Positions 36,627-49,345 of a stretch of DNA of 64,000 bases are shown in pieces. Source of the stretch: Candidatus Hydrogenedentota bacterium (GTDB taxonomy: Bacteria; Hydrogenedentota; Hydrogenedentia; Hydrogenedentales; JAJRTN01); NCBI GenBank assembly GCA_024278275.1, contig JAJRTN010000039.1, positions 21,030 through 85,029 on the forward strand, read 5' to 3'. The notes below the pieces were generated by a model. The model had not been told where the DNA came from. It worked only from the letters and a program-made list of their open reading frames with translations, and made no database searches. A program made the position numbers and the translations under genes. Position 1 is the first letter of the stretch. Each line of letters opens with the position of its first letter.

Positions 36627-37706
36627 ATGGCCTACGAAATGGCAGAACTCATGCGGGGCGCGCTTGAACGAAACGCCTCGGATATTCATTTGAAGGTTGG
36701 AAATCCGGCCATCTATCGTATCGACGGCGAGCTGGTACGGCTCGAAGGCGAGACGCTGACGGCGGAAATGCTCAACGAACTCATGGAGAAGCTGGCCAGT
36801 CCGTCCGACATCATGAAGTTTCAAAAGGTCATGGAGCTGGACAACTCCTACATGTTCGAGGGCGTCGCCCGTTTCCGGGTCAACATCTGCAAGGACGACG
36901 GCGACACACGCATTGTCATGCGACTCATCCCCCTGGAGATAAAGAACCTGGAAGAACTCAAACTCCCCCCCGTACTCCGCAAGCTCTGTCCGTTGAAGAA
37001 CGGGTTGGTACTCGTCACCGGTCCGACCGGCAGCGGAAAATCCACCACCCTGGCCGCGTTGATTGACGAGATCAACCGGACCCGGCCCGTGCATATTGTC
37101 ACCGTCGAGGATCCGCTCGAATTCGTACACCGGGACAAGAAAGCCATCGTGACCCAGCGCGAGGTGGGTCACGACACCTTGTCCTTCGCCAACGCGCTGC
37201 GCGGCGCGTTGCGACAGGACCCTGATGTTATTCTCATCGGTGAGATGCGCGACGCCGAAACGGTCAGAACCGCCCTTGCTTCAGCGGAAACGGGGCACCT
37301 GGTTTTCTCCACCCTCCACACGGTGGACGCCGTGGAGACCCTGAACCGCATTCTCGACTTTTTCGAGCCCCACCAGCAATTACAGATTCGGAAGCAAATG
37401 GCAAGCGTGTTGCGGGGCGTCATCTCGCAGCGCATCGTGCCGTTGGCCGCGGGCGAGGGCCGGGCTGTGGCCGCCGAAATCCTGATCGGCACGCGAACGG
37501 TTCGGGATTTCATTGAGAAGGGCAAAGCCTTCAAGGATATCGTGGCCCTTATCGAAGACGGAAAAGATCAGTACGGTATGCAGACCTTCGACCAGGCCCT
37601 CTTCGATCTCTACCGCACCAAGCTCATCTCGGCCCAAACCGCCCTGCAAAACGCCACCAGCGCAAAGGACCTCAAACTGCGCATGCAGGGCATGAGCGCC
37701 AGTTAG
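36627..37706 (+). CDS. PilT/PilU-family retraction ATPase (third, orphan copy)
   Basis: Start MAYEMAELMRG after [26 protein letters not shown]. The first 12 residues are near-identical to the PilT at 5047..6144 ([10 protein letters not shown]). Confidence 0.9.
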   Translation: MAYEMAELMRGALERNASDIHLKVGNPAIYRIDGELVRLEGETLTAEMLNELMEKLASPSDIMKFQKVMELDNSYMFEGVARFRVNICKDDGDTRIVMRLIPLEIKNLEELKLPPVLRKLCPLKNGLVLVTGPTGSGKSTTLAALIDEINRTRPVHIVTVEDPLEFVHRDKKAIVTQREVGHDTLSFANALRGALRQDPDVILIGEMRDAETVRTALASAETGHLVFSTLHTVDAVETLNRILDFFEPHQQLQIRKQMASVLRGVISQRIVPLAAGEGRAVAAEILIGTRTVRDFIEKGKAFKDIVALIEDGKDQYGMQTFDQALFDLYRTKLISAQTALQNATSAKDLKLRMQGMSAS

Positions 37707-37730
37707 TGTCTTCCACGCAAAAGGCCCTGA

Positions 37731-37745
37731 CCCGGCTATGCCGGG
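37731..37745 (+). terminator. possible terminator hairpin after the orphan pilT
   Basis: cccggc-tat-gccggg stem-loop 25 nt after the stop. No clear U-tract. Confidence 0.25.
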
Positions 37746-37912
37746 TTGGGGAAAGTCCCCGTGGAGCGGTGTCCACCAGGGGCGGCTACGCTGAAAACAG
37801 GCTTAACCCGAATACACCACTTTTGTGTATACCGCGGGTTTTGCGCGGAACCTGTCCCTACGGTATCCTGTCTATTCCATCCAGGCTGCATTCGATCCAG
37901 GGAGTCCTGTCC

Positions 37913-39178
37913 ATGCCGAAAGATACCTTCACCCGCGAGAACAAAGCCGCATTGCTTGACGCCGTGAACCGAACCGTCACCGAAACGGCGGTCACCGACA
38001 TTCACACCCACCTTTATGCACCGCCTTTCGGCGAGCTGCTGCTTTCCGGCGTGGATGAATTGCTCACCTACCACTACCTCATCGCCGAGTTCTTTCGTGC
38101 GTCGGACATGCCCTGCGAGGCCTTCTGGACGCTGGATAAGACCGGCCGGGCGGATGCCATCTGGCAAGTCCTGTTCATCGAACAATCGCCCCTGGGCGAG
38201 GCCTGCCGGGGCGTGCTGACGGCGTTGGACGCGCTGGGGCTCGACGTGGCCTCCCGCGACCTGGCGGCCTACCGCGCCTGGTACGCGGACCGAACACCGG
38301 AAGGGCTGATTGATACGGTGCTCGAAACCGCGCGGCTCCAGTCCGTGGTGATGACCAATGATCCCTTCGATGACCTGGAGCGGCCGGTCTGGGAGGAAGG
38401 TTACGCGGGGGATCCGCGTTTTCACGCCGCCCTGCGCATAGACCCCCTGTTGAACGATTGGGCGGGCAGCCATGGCAAACTCCAGGCCTGGGGTTACGAC
38501 GTGGACGCGGCGCTGTCCGGGAAGGCCCGGGCCGAGGTGCGGCGTTTCCTGGACGACTGGGTACGGCGCATGAAGGCGCTCTACCTGGCCGTGTCGCTCC
38601 CGCCCGAGTTCATGCTGCCCGAGGATTCGGCGCGGGCGACCCTGATTGAATCCTGCGTGCTCCCCGTGGCGCGGGATCACAACATTCCCTACGCCATGAT
38701 GGTCGGCGTGAGCCGTGGATTGAACCCGGCCCTCCGACTGGCCGGCGACGGAGTGGGCCAGGGAAGCCTGGCGCCCATCAGCTATCTTTGCGCCACCTAT
38801 CCGAAGAACAAGTTCATGACCACCTACCTCGCGCGGGAGAATCAACACGAATTGTGCGTGGTGGCGCGGAAGTTCCGCAACCTGCTCCCCTTCGGCTGCT
38901 GGTGGTTCCTGAACAACCCCAGCCTTATCGAAGAGATGACGCGCATGCGCATCGAATTGCTGGGGCCCAGCATGATCCCCCAACACTCCGACGCCCGCGT
39001 GCTGGACCAGGTGCTCTACAAGTGGGCCCACTCGCGGCGCATTATCGCCCGCGTGCTGTGTGATAAGTACAGCGACCTGGTGGATACGGGCTGGACCGTA
39101 ACCCGCGCGGAAATCACACGGGACACGGAAGCCCTCCTGGGCGGTAATTTCTGGCGCTTCCTGGAATTGGGGTTGTAG
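37913..39178 (+). CDS. glucuronate isomerase-like protein (UxaC family, amidohydrolase superfamily)
   Basis: IHTHLYAPP near the N-terminus and FGCWWFLNNPSLIEEMTRMRIELLG matching the UxaC FGSGWWFNDQ...L..LG segment. Start MPKDTF after GGAG. The track ORF is over-extended to 37706. Confidence 0.7.
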   Translation: MPKDTFTRENKAALLDAVNRTVTETAVTDIHTHLYAPPFGELLLSGVDELLTYHYLIAEFFRASDMPCEAFWTLDKTGRADAIWQVLFIEQSPLGEACRGVLTALDALGLDVASRDLAAYRAWYADRTPEGLIDTVLETARLQSVVMTNDPFDDLERPVWEEGYAGDPRFHAALRIDPLLNDWAGSHGKLQAWGYDVDAALSGKARAEVRRFLDDWVRRMKALYLAVSLPPEFMLPEDSARATLIESCVLPVARDHNIPYAMMVGVSRGLNPALRLAGDGVGQGSLAPISYLCATYPKNKFMTTYLARENQHELCVVARKFRNLLPFGCWWFLNNPSLIEEMTRMRIELLGPSMIPQHSDARVLDQVLYKWAHSRRIIARVLCDKYSDLVDTGWTVTRAEITRDTEALLGGNFWRFLELGL

Positions 39179-39302
39179 TCGGGTTTGCAGGCGCCATCCA
39201 CGGCGTGACTCCGCCATGCCGGTATTTTCCTGAATGTGGCACAGCCGCCCTCGGCTGTGGGCGGTACTCGGCCCGAACCGCCCCTGGCTGTGTCAAATTC
39301 TG

Positions 39303-39338
39303 TCTCGTTCCCACGGTCCCCCGCGGGAATGCCTGTTG
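39303..39338. repeat. palindromic MITE-like repeat, copy E (subfamily 2)
   Basis: tctcgttcccacggtcccccgcgggaatgcctgttg, intergenic between uxaC-like and menE. Confidence 0.65.
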
Positions 39339-39363
39339 TGGGCGTCCCGCTCGCGTTTCCACC

Positions 39364-40812
39364 TTACCGAAGCAGATCCCGCGCCCGTTCGATGAATGGC
39401 CGGCGCATGATCTTGCTCCCCGCCGGGGCGATATCATCGGGCCAGGGAAAAATCCGGCGCGGGATCTTGTAGCCCGGCAATGCCTCCCCGAGCGCCTTCA
39501 TCATGCGTTCCATGGTCAGTCCGCCGCCTTCCACGAAGGCCACGGGCGTGTTACCGAAGCGTCCGTGGGGAACGGGCACGACCACCGCGCGACGCACACC
39601 GGGCAGACGGCACAGGGCCCGCTCGATCTCTTCGGGCTGAATGTTCTCTCCTCCCGCGATGAATTGGTTGTCGCTGCGGCCCGTGACGATGAGCCGTCCC
39701 CGCGCATCGATCCTTCCCAAATCGCCCGTGGCGAAGTAACCGTCCCGGTCGAAAGGCCGTTCAAGCCCCTCGCGGTGATAGTAGCCGAGGAAGCGCGTGG
39801 GTCCGCCCACGAGGAGCCACCCCTCCGCGTCAATGCGCAGGCTTTCCGGGTGCAGCGGATACCCCGACGTCAGCAGCGTGTCCAGGTCCGCCCCCGGCGG
39901 CGTGGTGGCCACCTGCGACGCGGCTTCCGTAAGACCATAGGTGGTGTGAATGGGCAGACCCGCGTCATGGGCGTCACGCAGAAGTCCCTCCGGGATGGCA
40001 CTGCCCCCCAGGAGGATGGCCTTCATCCGCCGCAAGCGGTCCACGGCGGATTCTTCCTCCAAGAGGCGATGCAGTTGCGCCGCCACGAGGGATACATGGG
40101 TGACGCCTTCCAGCGCGTCGGACAGCGTCACACCCGGCGCGGGGAGAGCCACGGTTGCCCCCGCCACGAGACAGCGGAACAGCACGCCCAGCCCGGCGAC
40201 ATGAAAAAGCGGCAGCGACAGCAGCCAGGCATCCCCCGGCGCGAGGGGAATGTTTTTGTTGGAGAGCCGGGCGCTCTCGCGGAGGTTGCCGAAGCTAAGC
40301 AGCGCGGCCTTGGGCGTGCCCGTGCTGCCGGAGGTCAGGACGAGTACCGCCGGTTGGTCCTCCGGCAAGGTGACCGGCCCGGGTGCCACGGCACGCCCGT
40401 CGAAGGCGGGGTATTCTTCCATCGGTGGCTTGCAGCCCACGTCCCGGCAAATCCGCAGCACGTATTCCCCGGGGAAGGCGGGATCCAGCGGCAGGGCGAT
40501 TCCCCCGGCACGGATGATGGACAGAAGGGTCACCAGCGCTCCCACCCCATCGCCGTCATTCCCGCGAACGCGGGAATCCACGGCGTTGGATTGACTGCCT
40601 GAAGCCCGGGATGGATCCTCGCTTTCGCGGGGATGGCGGTGCGCTGAAGCGCACCCTACGGCCACCACCTCGCCGGGCGTGATGCGCGGTTCCCGCCCCT
40701 GCACCATGCCCTCCAATTGGGCGGATGTGTATTCCCCCGTGCCGGTGCGCAGCGCCACGGCATTGGGATGTTTCGCGGCCATGGCGGCCAGGGGACAGGG
40801 AACGTCACTCAT
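39364..40812 (-). CDS. menE: o-succinylbenzoate--CoA ligase (AMP-dependent synthetase) carrying an in-frame repeat-derived insertion
   Basis: 482 aa, LTSGSTGTPKAA AMP-binding motif, YGLTE, GGENIQPEEIE. Adjacent to menC and menA. Residues about 53-91 (GCASAHRHPRESEDPSRASGSQSNAVDSRVRGNDGDGVG) are encoded by repeat copy F. Confidence 0.85.
   Translation of the reverse strand: MSDVPCPLAAMAAKHPNAVALRTGTGEYTSAQLEGMVQGREPRITPGEVVAVGCASAHRHPRESEDPSRASGSQSNAVDSRVRGNDGDGVGALVTLLSIIRAGGIALPLDPAFPGEYVLRICRDVGCKPPMEEYPAFDGRAVAPGPVTLPEDQPAVLVLTSGSTGTPKAALLSFGNLRESARLSNKNIPLAPGDAWLLSLPLFHVAGLGVLFRCLVAGATVALPAPGVTLSDALEGVTHVSLVAAQLHRLLEEESAVDRLRRMKAILLGGSAIPEGLLRDAHDAGLPIHTTYGLTEAASQVATTPPGADLDTLLTSGYPLHPESLRIDAEGWLLVGGPTRFLGYYHREGLERPFDRDGYFATGDLGRIDARGRLIVTGRSDNQFIAGGENIQPEEIERALCRLPGVRRAVVVPVPHGRFGNTPVAFVEGGGLTMERMMKALGEALPGYKIPRRIFPWPDDIAPAGSKIMRRPFIERARDLLR
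40540..40656. repeat. palindromic MITE-like repeat, copy F, located inside the menE coding sequence (in frame, 117 bp)
   Basis: ccgtcattcccgcgaacgcgggaatccacggcg core at 40553-40585 followed by ...cccgggatggatcctcgctttcgcggggatgg. Same family as copies A and B. Confidence 0.7.
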
Positions 40813-40813
40813 G

Positions 40814-41863
40814 TCACACGATGCGCTCCAGCTTGCTCATATCCACCCGCCGCGCCGCGTCCGCGAGGTCTTCGATATTTACCAGGCCCGGCGCCAGGGG
40901 CAGGCGTTCCTCCAACACATCCTCCGCGAGCCAGGAATAGGTGTCCAGACCGGCGGGTTGGTCCGGGTCGAAAACGAAAGCGAGCCCCGCGGCCGCCGCC
41001 ATACCCACACCGGATTCAAAGGAGGCGCTCACGCAGAGGGGAATCTCTTCATCGATTTCCGGCATGTCCTCCAGCCGCATCATGGTGGGCTTATGCACCA
41101 GGCCTGACGCCCCCTCCAAGATATCCCTTCCGACCGGCCCGGCTTCCCGAAGTGTTTCGTCCAGCGCATAGGGAATGCCGCACTTCGTATGGAGTTCTGA
41201 AAGTCGTGTCCAGTCCGCCAACGGCTCCTCCACGTATTCAATGGGCCACTCCCGCGCTTGGTTCCAGAATGCTTCCGCTTCGTCGAATCCCCATGCCCGG
41301 TTGGCATCGATCCGCAAGTTCCAGCCCGGACCGAGATGCTTCATCACCGTGGCGACACGTCCGGCGGCAGCATCTGGTCCCGCATCACCCACTTTGAGCT
41401 TGGCCGTGCGGCAACCTTCCGGGGACTGCCCCATGGCTTGAGCCTTCGCCGCGATGGTGTCGTCATTCCCGGCGAGCAGTGCCTGCACCTGAATCACGGG
41501 GTCGTGGTCGGGGTGCATCGATCCGGCCGTATTGCCCAGTGGGTGGTAAGCGCACGTGTAGTTCCAGGTCACGCCGAACAGGGCGAAGGCCACCGACGGA
41601 GACCATTGTCCATCTTTCCGCTCCCGTGTGTATTCCTCCGAATGACACACTTCTTCCAGTTCCGCGGCGGCGGTCTCGATGTTCTCCACGCTGAAGCCCG
41701 GCAACGGCGCGGCCTCGCCCCAGCCGCTAACGCCTCTCCGATCCGTCATGCGAAGCAGCAATCCCTCACGGGTGTGGAGGGTCACTCCGGGAAGGCGCAG
41801 GGGTGCTCTGAGCGGAAGCCGGTAGCGGAAGACCGCGCAATCAAAGCCCTTCACAACAGCCAC
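40814..41863 (-). CDS. menC: o-succinylbenzoate synthase (enolase superfamily)
   Basis: 349 aa. MR/MLE-type barrel residues (KVG...IDAN...D-E) and gene context between menE and menA. Confidence 0.8.
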   Translation of the reverse strand: MAVVKGFDCAVFRYRLPLRAPLRLPGVTLHTREGLLLRMTDRRGVSGWGEAAPLPGFSVENIETAAAELEEVCHSEEYTRERKDGQWSPSVAFALFGVTWNYTCAYHPLGNTAGSMHPDHDPVIQVQALLAGNDDTIAAKAQAMGQSPEGCRTAKLKVGDAGPDAAAGRVATVMKHLGPGWNLRIDANRAWGFDEAEAFWNQAREWPIEYVEEPLADWTRLSELHTKCGIPYALDETLREAGPVGRDILEGASGLVHKPTMMRLEDMPEIDEEIPLCVSASFESGVGMAAAAGLAFVFDPDQPAGLDTYSWLAEDVLEERLPLAPGLVNIEDLADAARRVDMSKLERIV

Positions 41864-42741
41864 CCCGCCGAGAACAGCACCGCGTACAGCAAGAGGAGTT
41901 TGCCCGTTGCCGCGAGGGTGTTGTTCAGTTGTTCACCATCGGTGGAGGAAAAGACCGCGCGCAGGGCGGGGATTGCCGCCGGGACCGAGAGCGCCGCCAG
42001 CAACGCGCCTGGGTGTGTGCCGGGATACAGGCCCAGGTACAGGGGAATGGCAATGCCCGCAAGCAGAACACAAGCCAGGTATTCCACGCGGGCAAAGGTT
42101 CGGCCAAAACGTACGGCGAGCGTGCGTTTGCCGGATCTCCGGTCGCCCTCCATGTCGCGGAGGTTGTTGACCGTGAGGATGGCGGTGGACCACAGCCCCG
42201 CCGCAATACCCGCAATGACGGCGTCTTGTGTCACCATCCGGGCCTGCACGTAGTAGGTCCCCGCCACCGCCACGGGACCGAAGAAAACCAGCACGAAGAG
42301 ATCGCCCAGGCCAAGGTAGCCCAGGGGAAAGGGGCCGCCCGTGTAGAGCACGCCACAGGCAATCGACACGAGGCCGATGATTAAAATCGGCATGCCGCCG
42401 CGATGGATGAGGTAGCCCCCCGGCAGGAGCGCCAGGGCAAAGACGATGACCGTGGCGGCCAGCATGGTGCGCGGCGAGACCAGCCCCGCCTGTGTCGCCC
42501 GCAGGGGACCGACACGCTCCTCCGTGTCCGTGCCTTTCACAAAGTCGAAATAGTCGTTGGCGAAATTGGTGCCGACCTGGATCAGCAGGGCGCCCAAGAG
42601 CGCGCACAACAAGGCGGGCGCGTGAAAGGCATGGTCCACCCGTGCCATCGCGCCCCCCATGATGACAGGGGCCATCCCCGCGGCCAACGTCTTCGGCCGC
42701 GCGGCGAGAATCCAGGTTTTCAAGGTTGAAGTATGCCGCAT
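41851..42741 (-). CDS. menA: 1,4-dihydroxy-2-naphthoate polyprenyltransferase (UbiA family)
   Basis: 296 aa. UbiA-type NDYFD and YxxGxxG-like motifs, 8-9 TM helices. Overlaps the menC start by 13 nt. Confidence 0.85.
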   Translation of the reverse strand: MRHTSTLKTWILAARPKTLAAGMAPVIMGGAMARVDHAFHAPALLCALLGALLIQVGTNFANDYFDFVKGTDTEERVGPLRATQAGLVSPRTMLAATVIVFALALLPGGYLIHRGGMPILIIGLVSIACGVLYTGGPFPLGYLGLGDLFVLVFFGPVAVAGTYYVQARMVTQDAVIAGIAAGLWSTAILTVNNLRDMEGDRRSGKRTLAVRFGRTFARVEYLACVLLAGIAIPLYLGLYPGTHPGALLAALSVPAAIPALRAVFSSTDGEQLNNTLAATGKLLLLYAVLFSAGWLL

Positions 42742-43010
42742 CGGAATGGCACATTCTAACGTTTTGGGACGCCATATTCACGCGGCCCGCGGACAGACCG
42801 AACCTGCCGCTCTGCCTGGTGTCTCGCCGTGGCCCGTGGCGCAAGTATTCCCACGCAACCCGCGGGCGCGGAAAGACCCCGCCCTTTCGTAAACGCCGTG
42901 AGCGCAACGGCCTTGACACGGACCTGCCGCAAGGGTTAGAACCAACGGCATTCCGGGCGGGTTGCCCGGCCTCCTTTACACACCTCGGACAGAATCGAAA
43001 GGATTTCGTG

Positions 43011-44105
43011 ATGAAGCACATGATGGTGGCCGTGATGGTATTGATGGCATTTGCCGGGTTGCACGCCGGGGCGGCGGATGTCGAGGAGGGGGCGTGGATT
43101 AATCTCTTCGACGGCGAAAGCACTTACGGATGGACGGCCTTCGGCGATGTGCCGTGGTCCGTGGCGGACGGCGTGTTGACCGGCACGGACGGCTGGAGCG
43201 GTTGGTTGGCGAGTACCTGTCCCTTCCAGGACTTCGAATTGATCGCCGAGGTCAGGGTCAGCGCCGGGGCTTCCATGGGACTCGTGGTACGGGGCGGTCT
43301 CGAAGGCCACCCGTCGGAGAATGGTTCGGCCATGCTCCTCATCAAGGGCAAGAAGGGCCGCGACTGGCGCGAGGTGCGCATTGTCGCCGTGGGCAACGAC
43401 CTTCAGGCCACGGTGGACGGCAAGAAAGTCGCCCTATCCGCCACGCGTCACCGTGGGCACGTGGGTATTCTCTACCAGCGGGGCCACGGGCAGCACGGGG
43501 CGCCGGTCGTGGCGGTGAAGTCCATGAAGCTTCGGCCCCTGGGGATGCAATCACTTTTCAACGGCAAGGATCTCGACGGTTGGAACATCATCCCCGGCCA
43601 TGATTCTAAGTTCAACGTGGTGGACGGCGCCATCAACATCACCAATGGCAACGGCCAGATCGAGACCGCGGGGACGTACCGCGATTTCCTGCTCCAGCTC
43701 GACATCATTTCCAATGGCGACCACCTGAACAGCGGCGTGTTTTTCCGGACCCCCGTGGGGGTGTTCTGGCGTGGCTACGAATCGCAGGTCCGGAACCAGT
43801 GGGCCGGTGACGACCGCGCCAAACCGGTTGATTTCGGCACCGGCGGCCTCTACGGCATCCGTCCCGCGCGCAAGGTCGTGTCCACCGATCACAAGTGGTT
43901 CACCAAGACCATCATCAGTGACGGCAACCATTTCGCCGTATGGATTGACGGCTACCTGGTTTCTGATTTCTACGACATGCGCCCCGTTTCGGACAATAGC
44001 GACGGCAAGAACGCCTACGTCCCGGAGCCCGGCACCATCAATCTACAGGGCCATGACCCGACCACGAACCTGTCCTTCAAGAACATCCATATCCAGGTGT
44101 ATTGA
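43011..44105 (+). CDS. DUF1080 (3-keto-disaccharide hydrolase-like) family protein, two tandem domains, secreted
   Basis: Start MKHMMVAVMVLMAFAGLHAGA (signal peptide). Two units beginning (W)INLFDGESTYGW and QSLFNGKDLDGW, ending KNIHIQ. Family abundant in Planctomycetes. The track ORF is over-extended to 42726. Confidence 0.75.
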   Translation: MKHMMVAVMVLMAFAGLHAGAADVEEGAWINLFDGESTYGWTAFGDVPWSVADGVLTGTDGWSGWLASTCPFQDFELIAEVRVSAGASMGLVVRGGLEGHPSENGSAMLLIKGKKGRDWREVRIVAVGNDLQATVDGKKVALSATRHRGHVGILYQRGHGQHGAPVVAVKSMKLRPLGMQSLFNGKDLDGWNIIPGHDSKFNVVDGAINITNGNGQIETAGTYRDFLLQLDIISNGDHLNSGVFFRTPVGVFWRGYESQVRNQWAGDDRAKPVDFGTGGLYGIRPARKVVSTDHKWFTKTIISDGNHFAVWIDGYLVSDFYDMRPVSDNSDGKNAYVPEPGTINLQGHDPTTNLSFKNIHIQVY

Positions 44106-44133
44106 GCGGTACGGGGAACAGGAAAACCCGAAA

Positions 44134-44170
44134 CACGTGCCACGGATGGACAGGCCGTCCGTGGCACGTG
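44134..44170. terminator. perfect 13-bp inverted repeat (bidirectional terminator candidate) between convergent genes
   Basis: cacgtgccacgga-tggacaggccg-tccgtggcacgtg. Sits between the DUF1080 stop at 44105 and the CoA-binding gene stop at 44181. Confidence 0.5.
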
Positions 44171-44180
44171 GCGTAACATC

Positions 44181-44645
44181 TTACGCCGGGTTCTTCCCAA
44201 CCAGACGCAGGAACAGGCGGTGGCTGCCGTGCAGGGGACCGGGCTTCGGCAGGAACATCATGGGGCAATAGCCGGGGATGAGTTGAATCCCGTGCTGCTC
44301 GCAGAAAGCCTCGGCCGCTTTGGTACCGGACGAGGGGCCGTTGAAGCCGTAAAGCCAGACGTGCTTCACGCCCGCCTCCGCGCATTCGGCCAGCAGGGCC
44401 TCGCAGTCCTTGCGGGAGGTCATCAGCAAGGCCGCCTCCGCCGGCGGCTCCACCCTGCCCAGTTTGTCGAATGCCGCGATGCCTTCGATTTCGTCCGCCT
44501 TGGGGTTCACGGGCACCATGTCATAGCCGTGTTTCCGGAAGGCGCGGAACAGGATGCGGCTGAAATCATGCTTCTTCCGCGACACGCCGACCATGGCGAT
44601 ACGCCGGTGTTCGAGAAAAGCGTCGATTTGTTTCTGTTCAATCAT
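44181..44645 (-). CDS. CoA-binding domain protein (YccU-like)
   Basis: Start MIEQKQIDAFLEHRRIAMVGVSRKKHDFS after a perfect AGGAGG. Rossmann-like CoA-binding fold signature. Confidence 0.75.
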   Translation of the reverse strand: MIEQKQIDAFLEHRRIAMVGVSRKKHDFSRILFRAFRKHGYDMVPVNPKADEIEGIAAFDKLGRVEPPAEAALLMTSRKDCEALLAECAEAGVKHVWLYGFNGPSSGTKAAEAFCEQHGIQLIPGYCPMMFLPKPGPLHGSHRLFLRLVGKNPA

Positions 44646-44751
44646 GGCGAACCTCCTGATTACGGGCTGTCGCCCCTGGCCTTCCCACACGCGCCGGGTG
44701 CCACTGGCACCCATAAAATGCAACCTGTCTTCCTTCTTGCCGGAGCCTGTC

Positions 44752-47916
<3,165 letters not shown>

Positions 47917-48032
47917 TTACCCCGGAAGACCGGAAAATGTACACGGTGGGCGACGTGGGAAGGTGGAAGCAGGAAAAAACCGGCCCGCCGAAGCGGACCG
48001 GTCGGTATTCATGTCATGCTGTGGCCTGGTGA

Positions 48033-49076
48033 TCAGCCATAGCCACCGAAGACGGCAATCCAGAAGGACAGGTTGTTGCCCACGGCACCCACGTCCGGGT
48101 TGATCTGGTTGGAGTTGGCGACGGGGTACTTGCTCTTGTACTTGATGAACTCCACGTGGCCATCCATGTAGAGGCAATTGGAGCCGCCCGGCACATGGTT
48201 GAACTTGGACACGCCACTCTCGTTGCGTCCCACGGCGTCCCAAATGCCCTTGTCGGACCAGGCGTCAAACATGACGGGTAACTGGCTTTCGGCCTTGGCC
48301 CCGGCCGCGGGGTTGTTAATGTCCGTGATGAAGAAACGGGCGATGCCTTCCTGCAGCGGCTGATAGGAGTTGGGAAGGGGGCCGCCGTCATCATCGACGT
48401 CTCCAAGAATCTTGCGGCTCGTAATGCCGTTGTGACCGGGCCACGAGGAAATGTCATAGAGCACGTCGGGCGCGGGGTCGGGCCAGTTGAACACACAGCC
48501 TTGCGGCTCATAGAAAGAGGGCGGCCAGGTCGGCACCGAGTTGATGAACGACTCGGTGAAGATGAAGTTGTAGTTCGACTGCACGTCGAGCAACTGCGAC
48601 GCCGTGGTCGTCGCCATGGGGATATAGATGTAAGAAATGGGGAGGGACAGCATGAAATCCAGGCACGGCGTTTGGCTGGCACCCGCCGACTTCTGGCTGA
48701 TCTCCTGGATACGTCCGGCATAGTCATCCACCTGGAAGGCCGGCGCCCAATAGTCGCCGCCGCCATCCGAAGGACACCGGGCGATGGACGGATCCGTCCA
48801 GTACTCGGGATAGAGCGCCTGGCCCTCGAAATTGAGCGTTCCCGTGGTGGTCGAGAGGAACACGGTGGTCGCATGACGCGGGAACTTGCCCTTGCTTTCG
48901 CCCGCGTACATCTTGAAGATGAGGCCGAACTGTTTCAGGTTATTGGCGCACGACGCACGCCGTGCCGCTTCCCGTGCCCGCGCGAGCGCCGGCAGCAGAA
49001 TCGCGGCGAGGATGCCGATGATGGCGATCACCACCAGCAGTTCGATAAGGGTAAACCCTCGTTGCCTTTTTCGCAT
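48033..49076 (-). CDS. DUF1559 family protein with prepilin-type N-terminal leader (Planctomycete-type)
   Basis: [31 protein letters not shown] and C-terminal [17 protein letters not shown] signature. Confidence 0.85.
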   Translation of the reverse strand: MRKRQRGFTLIELLVVIAIIGILAAILLPALARAREAARRASCANNLKQFGLIFKMYAGESKGKFPRHATTVFLSTTTGTLNFEGQALYPEYWTDPSIARCPSDGGGDYWAPAFQVDDYAGRIQEISQKSAGASQTPCLDFMLSLPISYIYIPMATTTASQLLDVQSNYNFIFTESFINSVPTWPPSFYEPQGCVFNWPDPAPDVLYDISSWPGHNGITSRKILGDVDDDGGPLPNSYQPLQEGIARFFITDINNPAAGAKAESQLPVMFDAWSDKGIWDAVGRNESGVSKFNHVPGGSNCLYMDGHVEFIKYKSKYPVANSNQINPDVGAVGNNLSFWIAVFGGYG

Positions 49077-49345
49077 TGCTTATTCTCCTTGTTTTCATGC
49101 CTTTGTAACACGGGACGGGATCAACAGGAGCCCATTCCGGCAACAACTGTTGCTCCAGTTAGCCTAGCATGGGTCCCCTTTTAAGTCAAGCCAATGTAAA
49201 TATAGTTATAACAACCACTTACCTGTATCTTTCCACTTGCCACGAAGAAGGATATATGTTAGGCTAAAGCCAAAGGGGAGGGCGTTAATCCCCTGAAACG
49301 CGCCATTTGGGCACTACTGTTGCATCACTTGACGGAGCCGCCGCC

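Noticed and set aside
37736-39217. 493-aa minus-strand ORF opposite the glucuronate isomerase-like gene
   Set aside because: Antisense artefact. The plus-strand product has recognisable UxaC motifs.
41933-43123. 396-aa minus-strand ORF overlapping menA in another frame
   Set aside because: Alternative frame of the menA region. Cys/Arg/Gly-rich and implausible. The menA frame gives a UbiA-family polytopic membrane protein.
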